Assembly (NCBI GenBank): GCA_047495785.1
Contig: JBLDXI010000073.1
Span: forward strand, 186,001-250,000
Reading direction: 5' to 3'
DNA length: 64,000 nucleotides
DNA from: Lepidodermella squamata
Taxonomy: Eukaryota; Animalia; Gastrotricha
The notes beneath the pieces are model-generated. The model made no database searches. It saw only the letters and a list, made by a program, of their open reading frames with translations, and was not told the DNA's origin. The position numbers and the translations under genes are program-made. How positions within the stretch are numbered: position 1 is the stretch's first letter; each line of letters starts with the position of its first letter. Below, in pieces: positions 12,048 through 24,606 of this stretch.

Positions 12048-12315
12048 ATCCTCCCGGTGAATCTAAAAATAAGCCCATCACGCATTTGAGTTAGAGTTTA
12101 GCAATTAAATTGCCCTGATCGAATATTGCAGCACCATGCACCATTATTCTTTTTCTTCAGCTGTCCTTGAGCCTTGAGCAAGGCTGCAATTTTCATATAG
12201 CTTCATTGCGAAATTCTCACTGACGCAAGACGAGCGAACTCTCCTCAAGCTAATTATTTAAGGCTCGATTCTATATTAAAGAAATCAATCATTACGTTTC
12301 CAGTCACTGTCAAAA

Positions 12316-14937
12316 ATGACTTTCTCGAACGTTTTCATATTACTTGCCATCCCGCTTACTACCTTCATCAATGCTCAAATCATTAAGAAATACAACATCT
12401 CAATGCTGCAGGTATTCCCAGTTAATCATGTAGGATGCCCGCCAGCTGTGAAAATCGCGATAGATACGGCCAACAGCCGAAGTGACGTTCTGCCAGACTA
12501 CAACATCGTACCAGACTATCGCGATGAAGAGGGCTTCGCGCAAGGCTACGCACCAGTACGTGAGCTCGTGAGATACGGACGAGCTTGGGAAAACAGACCA
12601 GATGACGGTTTAATTCGTTCGCCGATTTTTCTCGGACCTTTCTTCTCCGTCGGCTGCAAACCCTACGGGAAGCCGCTGAAATATTTCAACATGGTCGGAC
12701 TTGCTATCTCCTGTACAGCGCCGTTTCTCGCTGATCACGTGACCTATCCGAATCTCTATAGCGTTCAGTCAAATGGAGAGCTAACGGCGATATCCTTGGT
12801 TCACTTTTTTAAAGACGTTGGAAAGTGGTCGACGGTAGGGATTCTAACGCTGGCCAGCTCTCAAAACGACTATATATCAGCAACATACGTCAACAGATAC
12901 GCCTTGGATAGTGGCATTCGGGTTCCAACTTTCAACATCGTCTTGGACATAACTGACGACGTGATCACTGAGCTTCAATTTCACGACGTTCGAGTCATTG
13001 TTGTCTACATCAACAGCGAGCCTCTTTTGTGGCGTTTTCTTTGCAAAGCTTACTACGCTGGAATCACCGGTCAACGATATATTTTTTTCTTGTCAAACTC
13101 ATTGGCAGCGGAACCAAACAACATCAGGCCAGAAAACTTGTGGGACATTTGGTGCACAAAAGAAATATTGCGAATCCAATTTAGTTTTGCTTTGTTCGTC
13201 GGTCCGATAACTCAGGTCATGGATGATAGCAGAGTCAGCGAGTTTGGTTACAATACTACTTATTTCGAGGAGAAAATGTCCGAGATTTTGAAGAGGCCTC
13301 GCTCTGCAACTAAAGGATCGCTGAAATATGTGTGCCATGATGCTAACATGATGGGAATATACGCCATGCATGACGCTGAAAATCGACTAAAGCGAGAATT
13401 CAACATGTCGTTGCGAGACATGAACACAAACCCTGAAACTGTTATGAAAGTCGTGAATCAATCTGTTTTGACTGTAAACATCTCAGGCCTGAGAGGCCAG
13501 CTTCGTTTCAGCAAGCGAGGATACGCCGAAAATGATTTGATTCTCTACTCCTACTACGATCCTGACGGATATCGCAACAAGTTCGCTTCGGCCGAGGTGG
13601 ATACTAGTCGAAATTACATGTTCTACGGTCGATATAAAATGTCCTCTCTGGAGCCAATGGATTGGGCTGCTTGGAATAATGGCGGCAAAGCTCCCAGGGA
13701 TTCAGCATTTCTGATCTCCATCACTGACGACGTATCAGACAGCATTTCAACTTGCATTATAGTGATTGCAAGCATTTCTTCTGCAATTCATCTTTTTATG
13801 ATTGTGTTTACAATGAAAAGCGGAAGCAGCCCTGAAATAGTAACTTCTCCTCAAGTGAAAGTGGTTGGGTATGCAGGTTGCATCTTGTTAAATGGAGCTG
13901 GCGTAGCCTACTCATTGAAAACCAGCACAAATTCCTATATGATAGCAATCGTCCGGCTTTGCTTACTTGTTGGGGCCTTGTCTATCATAATTGGAGTAAT
14001 TTCACTCCGGGCTTACTTTCTCGCCAAAAAACTTCCACCCCCACCGAAACGACTCAAAGTCCATCGAGGTGGTAAAGTTGTTGACACGATTACAGTCGTT
14101 TCTCATACAAAGCTGAAGTTTGTTGAACCAAGAGAAGAAGAAGCCTCTCGCTCTTTTTCCCCAACTGGGGGCAATGTACCCCCACCGGAAAATAAGCAAA
14201 CCTCAGTACGATGGGTGTCTGGCAAGCATCAAATAAGCAATCATACAGCCCAGCCAAATATACTTCGGACTGTCGCAGTAGCGAAACCCCTGATGGCTCA
14301 TACACCAGTCAGTCACACAACCTCAGACCATAGCCTGCGATTTGCTGCCAGCACTCAAGTACCTCATAATGTGAACACTCTTCACCCTATCGAATTTGAA
14401 GACGGAATTCAAAAGAAGATTTTAGGTTTCACTGTTGGTTTCATGGCGATTAATGCTTTTCTAGTTGCGATCTGGCTGCTTTTCGATTCATTCAATTGCC
14501 AAACAATCACCGCCCCTCGCGACACAAATTATGACCCAGTTACCGATACAAATTATGACATATCAGTCGTGATCTGCTCATCAGCACATGGAATATTTTG
14601 GATGATGGCTCTCGCGCTTTTCCACGTTGCAGTCCTAGCTTTTTGCACGTTCCAAGCCTACAGGGTTAAACAGGGCATGAAGCTGCTCATTAGTAATTGC
14701 TGCCGAGAAATGGGTGGGATCATGCTCGGCCCACTGAATGCGCTCTCGCTGCTGCTCTGCTCGGTGATGATCGTCTTCACTCTCCGTGATCAAGCCAGTC
14801 AACATACTGCAGTAGCTTTCTCAGCTTTGCTAATTTCGCTGACGACGAGCCTTAGCCTGGGCTATTCGGCGATAAAATGCGCGGTCGAACAGCGTGGAGG
14901 ACGGTTCATTGTCGGTCTGAAAAATATTTTCAAGTGA
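12316..14937 (+). CDS. Class C GPCR, GABA-B receptor-like, copy 2 (intronless, 873 aa)
   Basis: Signal peptide, then a Venus-flytrap domain ('CPPAVKIAIDTANSRSDVLPDY', 'CKAYYAGITGQRYIFFL'). No NCD3G Cys-rich domain. 7TM and a short tail. Confidence 0.9.
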   Translation: MTFSNVFILLAIPLTTFINAQIIKKYNISMLQVFPVNHVGCPPAVKIAIDTANSRSDVLPDYNIVPDYRDEEGFAQGYAPVRELVRYGRAWENRPDDGLIRSPIFLGPFFSVGCKPYGKPLKYFNMVGLAISCTAPFLADHVTYPNLYSVQSNGELTAISLVHFFKDVGKWSTVGILTLASSQNDYISATYVNRYALDSGIRVPTFNIVLDITDDVITELQFHDVRVIVVYINSEPLLWRFLCKAYYAGITGQRYIFFLSNSLAAEPNNIRPENLWDIWCTKEILRIQFSFALFVGPITQVMDDSRVSEFGYNTTYFEEKMSEILKRPRSATKGSLKYVCHDANMMGIYAMHDAENRLKREFNMSLRDMNTNPETVMKVVNQSVLTVNISGLRGQLRFSKRGYAENDLILYSYYDPDGYRNKFASAEVDTSRNYMFYGRYKMSSLEPMDWAAWNNGGKAPRDSAFLISITDDVSDSISTCIIVIASISSAIHLFMIVFTMKSGSSPEIVTSPQVKVVGYAGCILLNGAGVAYSLKTSTNSYMIAIVRLCLLVGALSIIIGVISLRAYFLAKKLPPPPKRLKVHRGGKVVDTITVVSHTKLKFVEPREEEASRSFSPTGGNVPPPENKQTSVRWVSGKHQISNHTAQPNILRTVAVAKPLMAHTPVSHTTSDHSLRFAASTQVPHNVNTLHPIEFEDGIQKKILGFTVGFMAINAFLVAIWLLFDSFNCQTITAPRDTNYDPVTDTNYDISVVICSSAHGIFWMMALALFHVAVLAFCTFQAYRVKQGMKLLISNCCREMGGIMLGPLNALSLLLCSVMIVFTLRDQASQHTAVAFSALLISLTTSLSLGYSAIKCAVEQRGGRFIVGLKNIFK

Positions 14938-15996
14938 CAATTTCGAATATTGTTGTTTCGGAGTGGGTGTTGGGTTGCTTATGTAGAGGATTTGCACACA
15001 TAGATATCTTCAGCATGGATGAATAACTCGGATTTAAGCTTTTTAAGTCACTTCAAAGGCAACATTTGTCAAGTGGAAATTAAGTTAATTTTGCCACTTC
15101 ATAAACACAACTTTTTACCTCGATCTTAAAATTAATATGGTTTCATGAACCACAAATTTGTCGCGGCATGAAAGAAGGTTTTTATGATTGTGCACAACAA
15201 TTTCTATTCGATGGGTTTTGATCGCCCTATTGAGAAATAATACTTTTCTATGCCGCCTACAAGAATTCGGAATAGTCTCATTGGAGAATGCCAAGATTTT
15301 CAGTGTAATAAAAATGGCGATGGTAGATGATATTTGAACGTAAATTCAGATTACGGTAAGTACGCTCAGTGCTGAAATAAGCCGAACGTATTCCTTCTTC
15401 CTTCTTTACGTTCGTGTTGTCAAATTACGATTGAACGGTTCATCAAAGTGGTTGTTTGGGCCCGTCGCTAACGATAGGGACATTTCGGCTACTTTTCGCA
15501 TCGATGATAGATAGAGGCAGACAGGCAAGCCCTCGTAACAGACGAAAAATAACGATCGAAGCTAATGAGGACATTTATAGCAGCAAAAATCTGACTTTTA
15601 TAAGGAGCCGCTGAGTTTTGAAACATTTCCCATAATGAGCAACTTCAGCTAGCTTTTTCTTTAATGGATGCTTGCGGCTTGCGCGGCTTATAAGCATTGA
15701 ACATTGCTGGCCAATTAGCTATCGCGGATTTGAGTCGACATTCTTGCAGCTTCGTCATTTGGAACTTTCTATATTTTGAAAATGATCCTCCTATACCCAT
15801 CCCACGCGATATGATGTCGTCTGTGTTAGTTAGCACTCAATTTCGGAGAGATACATAATTTCTAATAAGGGACCCGGAGAAATACTTGAGAAAACGTACA
15901 CCCAGGCGTGAAAAGCTGAAAAATCAATATATAGTATCATATTTTCAAAAAGGGCACATTTCTTGACAATTTTCTGGATGCGGCGTTCATCCTACC

Positions 15997-16174
15997 CAGT
16001 GTGCGAAGTGCGAAGTAGGATGAGGGCACTGAGGTTTTTCTCGGTTTCTCCGGCACCCAGCCGAAGTAATCAAAGGGTCCCCCCTGTGGTTTGTTCAGCC
16101 TACTTCCTGTTGGAGTCAAGGAGCTGGGGTTTTGGGTTTTGCGACACATCGACACTCCTGCACTTCGCACCATG
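15997..16174 (+). mobile_element. hAT-like MITE (CAGTGTGCGAAGTA family)
   Basis: cagtgtgcgaagtg ... cacttcgcaccatg termini. Confidence 0.75.
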
Positions 16175-16944
16175 TTGTTAACAACAGGACGCTAACAACA
16201 ACGCGTTACGATTATGGCAAATTTTGGGCATTGAAAGACCTTGCGGTGACAGTGAGATCTTTGCAGAGGGGGCATTCACAACATGAAGCATCGCTGGCAT
16301 GGTACGCTTTGATTATTTCTGTGGAAGCATCGCATAAGTCATAAGTCGAGCTCAGTGAAAGACCAAAGGGGGGACCCTTATGTCGATTTTGGCAATCCCA
16401 ACCAGTTCCGCGGTCCTACTTCGCTCTTATGCTTGGAACTCAAATTATCCCCCGTCAAATGTCCTGATGGCAGTTTCATAACTTTGTTCGTACTGAGGAA
16501 GCCTGCCCGCATCACTTATCACAGTCTCTGGTTGTAATAAAGTTTGGCTAAGTTTCAACGTGAGCTTATGATCAGTTTAGGGTTAAGAGTTAAGAGGATG
16601 CCAGGCGGGACAAGAAACTACAAGTTCAGCCCCTTGTTTCGTCAATATCAACACAGCGTTTTTTAGCGTGTTTCAGTGGAAATCGCTCGTTTTCTGGTTG
16701 ATATCAATTGTCATTTTGGGGCAAACAACAAATAACGTTTTTCCATCCCTGACCGCTCCAGGATTCTGGATTCTCCAGGATGCTGAAACTCAGCAAAAGG
16801 AGAGAAAACCAGATTCTTGTCTCAGCCTTCTAAAAAGGCCCGTTTTTTCAGAACAGTTCATATCACGGCTTTTTCATAAAGCAGCTGCAACTAACTACCT
16901 AATAGCTATAACTATATTGCCTCAAAATGAAAAAGCAACCAAAT

Positions 16945-17839
16945 TTATTTGTCGTACGCGTTTATCAACTTGTTGCTTCTTGTCACTCTGCTCTCATCCG
17001 TGGGTTTATCCTCAGGATTAACTGTGGTCAAGTCCTCCGTAGGCTCGTGCGTGGTATGTTCTTGTTTGTCACCGCATCGGAACTCGTGATGAAGAATCTA
17101 AATTGTAAACCAAAGAAAGTATGAAAAGTAAATCACATATTATAACTTACCTTGGAGTATCCCAAGCACATTGCCTTCGCAGCATCATCGTCTTTGGCAG
17201 TATACCTTTTGAGAACGGAACTTCCATGTTCACAGCCTTCAGCATCTCGATGACACGTCGGCTCGTACTTCGTACAATTTCCACAGAGAACATAAACATT
17301 CTGAGAACTGCATTCCATTCCTATGAAGACTTGGTTCGAAGGTTCCTGAAAAATTGGATGAATTCGCCTAATGAGTGAAACAGGCGTTGAAGCTATACCT
17401 GAACTTCATGCCGACTCCCAAAGCAGCCAGATCGAGCTTCTCGGCATGAAAACGTGTTGGCCTTACGGTCCAAGCATCTAACCATAACATGCCTCGCTTT
17501 GTTGTGATTTATCAGCAAGTGGCCAACATTTGCATTGCCATTCTCAGCTGCTAACTCAGCCGCCGTTTTGCCTCGATCATTCATTAGCTCGAGATTCGCG
17601 CCGTAATCAATGAGAAACTCGGCAACCTCCCATCTACCGTAAATTGCAGCTGCCATTAGAGCTGTGTAGCCTTTAGATCGCTGGTCATCAACATCGTGGC
17701 CCATTTCTATAAGATGCTTCAATTTCTTCAAATCTCCCGCAGCCGCTGCATGATACAAAGGATTGTGGTCTTTGTCTATATCACATAGACCTAAAGCTGG
17801 ACCAAGAGCAAGGAAAGCAAAAATATGACTGCAAAACAT
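16945..17839 (-). CDS. Secreted protein: signal peptide, ~3 ankyrin repeats, two 4-Cys-like modules, acidic tail (3 exons)
   Basis: MFCSHIFAFLALGPALG signal. Ankyrin motifs NPLYHAA / GYTALMAA / GKTAAELA. Then RCLDRKANTFSCREARSGC...EVQ, with phase-0 GT-AG introns to a TAA at 16945. Confidence 0.8.
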
Positions 17840-18969
17840 TATAATTGAAATCCGAAAAATAATCAGTTTCAGTAATCGATCAGTTTATTCAGTTCACGTA
17901 TGTTTTTTTAGGTCTAGACGCATAAGCCGATAGTTAGTCAATGCATTCAATTTCATTGGCCCATTTTTCCTGAAAACAAAATGCAAAGAAGATGTTATAC
18001 TGATGGCGAAAATTAGGTTTAATTACGTGTTCCTTTGCTTTTTCCTTGCAATGCTCTGTTGTATCTGCGCCATCGTGCGTAACTACAGTGGTAAGCTAGA
18101 ATAAGGAAAATTGCAGAAATTCGAGAAAATCGCGAATACAAGCGACACCTCTATCTTTCCTTTGCAGCCATCACTTTCTGATTCACAAAGCGCTTGTTTG
18201 GTCTTGCAGTTGTAGCAAACAACCATGGCCTACAAGCAATGAAAAAATTATGAAATAATAAATAAATAAAAGTAATGGATGAAAAATAGTCAAGGAAGAG
18301 GAATTGAGCGCTCAAAAAGAAAATAAATAACAAATACCCGATAAGCGTGGCATTCTTCAAAGGATGCAAACATGTGATTGATCGGCAGTTGAACTTCATT
18401 CTTTTCGTAGATGCAAGCGACTCCAGCCGGTTTGCAAGTCGTGTTCGATGTTCCAATGTGGTGACAGCGCGCCACACCGGGCCTCTGTCAGTACAACGGT
18501 CAAATATATTAGAAATATTCAAAGAAAAAGCCACCAACATCTGAAGCGATTCTTTGAAAACAGCTCATAGCAATCACGAAAATCGTGAGGATAAACAAGT
18601 TTTCCGATGTTCTCATTTTCAGCAATGAATGTCTGTGGCCGCTTTGAATCACAGCATCTGGGATGGGCAATTTGCATTTTTCCCACGGTATGAATCATAA
18701 GCCACTTTGTAAGATAGACCTACCGATTATTGATCGCTCAATGGCAAATAAATAGGTAATGAGATTCGACAAAAACTTATTGTTTCCGCTCGTTTTGTTA
18801 TTCTGATGTTTCTAGCGTGGCCATGGGGTCGCAAGTGCTATAGCCATCGATTCTTAAGTGTCGAACGGTTTCAATCGATAAGAAACGGCTAAAACAAAGG
18901 GGGAAGAGCACAAATTCTTGTAAGACAGAAAAATTAGCGACCTTACGATAAAGTTAGACTGCCTGTAAA

Positions 18970-21900
18970 ATGGCAGGTGGTCTCCTAGTTTCGAGAACTT
19001 TTCTGATTTTTGTGGTACTCGAAGGTATTTATGGTCAGGATACGACCGCCACAACAACAGTAGCTACCACAAAAGCCCCGACAACTACAACTGTATTAAC
19101 AACCACAGTCCCTACCACTACAACCACCCCACCAGCAGTTTGCGGAACACTACCCTGCCTAGGCAGAACATTTCAAGATTACGACGAAGATGGCGATCCA
19201 GTCGTATTCTGCCTCACGTCCAGCTCGAATCGCTTCACCCTCCAGTACTGTGAGAACAGCACTTTTGTGCCGTATGCGAATTCGAAGCCTCTCGATGTCA
19301 TGGACTGTTTCGGCAACCTCAATTTCACGATAAAATCCACGAAATATCGGTTGAACGATCGTGGCGAGGTTTGCCAAATTCAGGGCAATATTTGCAACTC
19401 GACCGGGTTCAGCGTCAACGATTTCAAGTGGTTTTTCGCCCGATTAAAGACATCTGACGGTTAGCACTTCATAAAAGCCAGATTTAGTCCAATTTGATTC
19501 AGATTTGATCCATGCAGGTCAATGATTTCATTTTGATCCAACTTAATACACCGAGATCAAATGAGAATCAAATTTGATTCTCAGATTTGATCTTCCGAGA
19601 TCTAATTTAATCCACCTTAATACTTTAGATCAACTTTTTAGATCTAGCTAAGATCAAATGGTTATCAATCAAATAATTTTTCTTATTTACAGCTACTGGA
19701 TCTCTTTATTGCTCGTACAACCTATCTACAACGACTACAGACCCAGCTAGTGGGACCCAGATGGCATTTTTCTACAACGGAACGTTTTATGACCTATCAA
19801 CAGACGGCTCTGGTACGATAACTATCAGCAAACAAGCCATTACGCAATCGTCCTATAAGCGAAGTGTTGTAAAAAGAGACTTACCAGATTGCAAGCTGTG
19901 CTGCTGGTTTGATGACCTGTACACACCGCAAGATGCCTCTGCTGTTAACAGCGAGTACTACTACGACGGGTCGAGATGGTACGTATGGACATCAAGCGGC
20001 GGCTGGCCTTCTTACCAATCCTACACTGGCGATGTTCCAACTGGAATGGTGAATTGCCTGAGATTCATGAACAACATGAATTGGACTCATCTAAACGGAA
20101 ATCGATATGGCTGGTTCAATGGCTCTATCTACCAGCTAAACGCGAAAGAGGAACCAACTGGCTCGCCGTTTACTCTTACAGGAGATTTCCTCAGGTCGAC
20201 TGATGCCGACCCGAACGCTCAGGGCGGGTTCTATTACTTCATGGCGGATTCGCAAACTCCGATCGGTGTCTACCGAAGCGCGAAAGGGACATGGTGGGTG
20301 AAAATATCGGATGGCTACATCGTCCAAAACGCAAAGCGCCCTCCCCCTCCCTGCAATTCCGGTATCGGAGGTACGCCAAGCGTTGGCGGGACTGCCATAT
20401 CGTCAAACGGGCCGTTTCAGTGCTACCAAACGCCTGATATCATGGCTTTGAACCAAATAATACCCTGTGACCCTCTGTCGACTTCAAACGACTGCGGTGA
20501 TGGTTATACGTGCCAGAAATTGCCGTCGATTTTCGATATCAAGTGTGACATGGGGGTTTGTATTGCTGATTATTCGCTGCTATGCCCGGCTGTTACGACT
20601 ACAACGGTGGCTGTTGTGACTACAACACCTGCAGCTACAACAACTGGAGTTACAACAACAACTACTCCTACTACAACTGCAGCGCCCACTACTACAGGAA
20701 TAACAGCGACTACGACGGTTTCTAATGACACTACTATTGCCCCAACCACTGTAACTACTGCAGCTACAACCACCTTGCCCACTGTCAAAAATCCTCAAGC
20801 CAGTGAGTCCTCTTGCGTTAAGATTACAGCTTTCAAAATGTTGAATTTTAGAATTCGGCGAGGATTGCTATTGGAACGCGGACTGCTATACGAACATTTG
20901 CAAGGATAAGAAGTGTGCCTGTACGTCTTGCACCAAAGTCCTGCCGATATTGGATTACAACTGGCGGGTTGCTACGCTGCAGTACACTGAAAGATGCATT
21001 CGTAAGTGGTTTAAAGCGAAAAGTGAAAAACATTTGCCAGTTTTGAATGAAGGCATTGGAATTCTGAGAACTAGAGTTCAGGAGAATCTTATAGTGCTGG
21101 GGATCCAAACTTCTACTTTAGGATTATAGGGTCTTATTTTTGAAGGTTTCCATGAATCTTTCTTTTACAGCTTCGAATTCGACGATTGGTGGTTTGGGCG
21201 ATTACTGCGATATCTACGCCTCTGTTCGAACAAACGACTGTGGTTTCGGCACAATATGCGCGAAATGTCCCGAAGTCTGGAATTCCAAATACGCGCGTGC
21301 TAAATGCGTCAATCTAGTCAACGTTACAACAGCGAACGCCGACTGCCCTGACAGCTACACCTGTGGCTACATGGCCACTTGTTCGGTTGTAGCAGGCACT
21401 CCTACATGCACCTGTCCTAAAAATTACACGCTTGATGCTAATCTGAAAGACTGTTACGGCTGGACAAATTACACTACGACTGAATGCAGTGCGACTTGTG
21501 GAATGGGAGTAAAAACAACGTTTCGAGCCTGTGACAAAGCAACTGGATCTTCGGCTCAATGTACCGGGTCAACTAATTACACTGAGTCATGCGCTAGCGA
21601 CTACGGTCCCTGTGCTTGTAAGCTTGGAAAACTCTTAAATTTGAATTTTCCTAAAATTTTCCAAATTTCAGTGAATAAAAGTATCTCTAACGCTGCGGTT
21701 AGAATGCGAATTGTATCAAAGGTCATAACGATCGACAATTTCGAGCAACTCATCGAGCCTAAATTGAAGAAACGAGTCCTTTTCGTCGTGAACACAAAAT
21801 GTACCTCGGATAATATGACCTTCGAAGGGCAGTGCTGCCCAGGTAAAGCTTGGCCGTTAACTTCGTCCGGGGGTGGGTCTTCTTACGTAGCCACTACGGT

Positions 21901-22886
21901 CAAATCGAATGTGACTGCGGATCCTAATATTACTACGACTTCGACCTCAACTACGACTACTACAACGACTACTACAACCACCACAACAACCACTACTACT
22001 ACGTCGCCCCTAACAACAGCTCCTCCAGCCTTTCTTAACAACGGCTTAGTTGCGGATTGTATTCACTTCTACTGGGGCGTTCAGTTCCTGTCGAAATACA
22101 ACGATGGCCAGTCTTTTACCTTCTATCTGATTGTAAAGGGCAACCCGGATAGCCAATGTTGTAAGACAGCGCCGAGTAAGAGCAAACGCAAAAAGCGAGC
22201 TACGACCGGGGATGATGCTGGGTATTTCGATAGCTCGGCCCTTAATGACATTGTCTCAGATCAAGCTGTGTAAGCCTCATTAGGATTTCGATCGATTTTT
22301 CTTTGATGATGATTCTTTCTTTCAGTTCCTCGCTCATGCTTCAAATAATTCAGACTGTTGATGCTAACGCGAAGCTGGATCCTCCAGCTAAGGCTGTTTA
22401 CAGTTCAACAACACCGGTGCCTGTTTACGCGACCGCGAAACCTGCTGTAAGTTTTGTTGAATTTATTTCTAAACGGATTGAGCAATTTTGATTTCAATCA
22501 GACTGCGTCTGGATCTGTAGGTGGATTTCCGTATTGGGCCATTGGAGTAGCGGCTGGCGCAGGGCTTCTCCTTATCATTATTGGAGTTGTAATTGCCGTG
22601 TGTGTCACGCAGAGTCAAAAGCAAGTTACAATCTCGAATTCTTCTAAAAATGTCTAAACAACAATTTGTTTACAGGAAAAAAGCTTTGAAAGCTAAAATT
22701 GACGCTGGTCTTATTCGCCCGTCGATGGATCAGCGGCGATCGGGTGATACGCCGCGTAATGCCGTTAATCCGGTGAATTATGGCCAGCAACAAGCAGCTC
22801 CCCAGCCGGGCTACCCGCCGTACTACGGCAACTACCCGCCGCAGCAAATGAACCCAGCGCATCCTACTTTCGCTTCTGGGTATTAA
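18970..22886 (+). CDS. Type I membrane glycoprotein A (mucin-like / unrecognised Cys-aromatic domain / EGF / TSP1 / SEA-like / TM)
   Basis: Signal peptide, Thr-rich tracts and TSP1-like GWTNYTTTECSATCGMG. KRKKR site, TM WAIGVAAGAGLLLIIIGVVIAV and a Pro/Tyr tail. Exon structure is conserved with paralogs B and C. Confidence 0.85.
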
Positions 22887-23222
22887 AAACAGATTTTTAG
22901 CCATTTAAGTTAAATCTTGATTGACATGATGAAAGAACTTCGATTGCGGGAATAAACTTGAAAAAAATGTGTGAAGACAAGAATGTAGTGGTTGAAAAAG
23001 ACTAACTTAGCAAACCAATTACTTTTATTAACTATCTAACGTGCCTCCCAGAAGAAGAATTTCTGGGGGTTAAAAAGAGCACTTGTTTACAACTGAAGGG
23101 CGAGGCGCGAGGCGGCACGCGAAAAACAGGTGACGTCTTGTACCGCAATGCAAGAATCGTCATTCTTTTTCAGAACTGCTAAAGACTCTCATCCTGGTAA
23201 GAAAATCTTGATACATTGTAAA

Positions 23223-24169
23223 GGGCGATTCACAAACTCGTGTGTAAAATACACATTCATGATTCATTGTTCATTTTTTATGCGCAAAATTCATCTCTTG
23301 CAAAAAACGGTCGCAAAGCCGTTTGAATCATGAACTATGAACGAAGCCCGCTCACAAATTATTTTTCATAATTCATCATTCAAATGGCGATTTTTTGTGT
23401 GCGACTTAGACAAAATAAAAAAACCAAGCCTCCACCGAGCACTGAACCCAGGATACTGATTTAGCACGGTTGGAGCTAAACCACTATGCCAGTAGCGAGC
23501 TTCAATGGTTGAGTGCGTTTCTGTCATCATCTCCCATTTTTGCTGTTGACTTGCAGTATCAGAACAGCGAAATTAGCGCTAATTTAACGTTCGGATTTTT
23601 TAGACTACATTGCCCGCTTTAACGCTAGCCATTACACCAAATTTCGGATTCATAGCAATGGCCGATAAAATATCGCCAAAAATGACTGAATCGAACAGTT
23701 TGAAGAAGTTTGACTTAAACTTCTGAGAAACTTAACGGCTTGGCCTAATTAATCAGCCCAATCAGAGTGCTCTAGCTGAAGATAAAGGTCAAATGATGTT
23801 ATGTATGGAATGGATTTTATGGAAAATAACCCAATTTTTAATGAATTTTTTCTAATAGCTCAGAATATCAGAAGTCAACAGCGAGAATAGGAGATAATGA
23901 CGTAAAAGCCTAAATCAACAAAAGCTCACTGGTGGCATAGTGGGTTCAGCTCGAACTATCATGCCCAGTGTCTTGGGTTCTGTGCCCTGCGGCCGCGGTC
24001 CTTTTTAGGCCATAATCGCGCACATAAAACATATGGCTAAACAGCTTCTTGAATCATGAATTATGAAAAATAATTTGTGAGCGGAGTTCGTTCATCGTTC
24101 ATAATTCAAGTGAGCCTGCAAAAATCTTTTGCATCATTCATGTGGAAAACACGCGTTTGTGAATCGCCC
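23223..24169. mobile_element. Palindromic element with a tRNA-like unit in each arm
   Basis: TIR gggcgattcacaaac, flanked by TAAA/TTAA. Long inverted arms contain A-box tggcatagtgg and a degenerate B-box at ~23428-23500 (-) and ~23924-24000 (+). Confidence 0.75.
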
Positions 24170-24606
24170 TTAAGGATCTGTGAAAAATGACAGCGCGTCA
24201 AGGTTCAACGATCTAATTTTTGTGAATGAAAACGCTTCCTTGGCATCAGTTCGGTGGAAATTTAGTTTTACCCAGAAAATCACGTAAATTTAGTTTTTTC
24301 GCTCTTCACCAAAGCAACTGATTTTTAAACGGCTCAACGTGTGTTATGTATTGATAAATAATAAAAAATCAATGGGCTGGTCTCAGATAAACAAATTCTA
24401 TGATTTATTCACTTACCGATAGCTGTCCACTTGTTTGTAAAACAATAGGGCGTGACCCCGTCACAGCCAATAACGGACTGATGCGTGATCAAAATCACGT
24501 GTTTTTGTAGTTGTTTACGCAATTTTTATAAGATCGCACGACCTGATAGCTTAATTTTCAGTCGTGAGCAAATAATTTTCAAGAAAGAGAATTTTTTTTT
24601 AATCAA

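Noticed and set aside
16355-16537. Short ORF sharing RGDPY...KCP with 52014..52268
   Set aside because: Similarity is limited to a few residues, with no gene structure.
18151-18720. LINE RT relic ('KRMKFNCRSITCLH') and TAAA tail
   Set aside because: Motifs are too degraded to call without a profile search.
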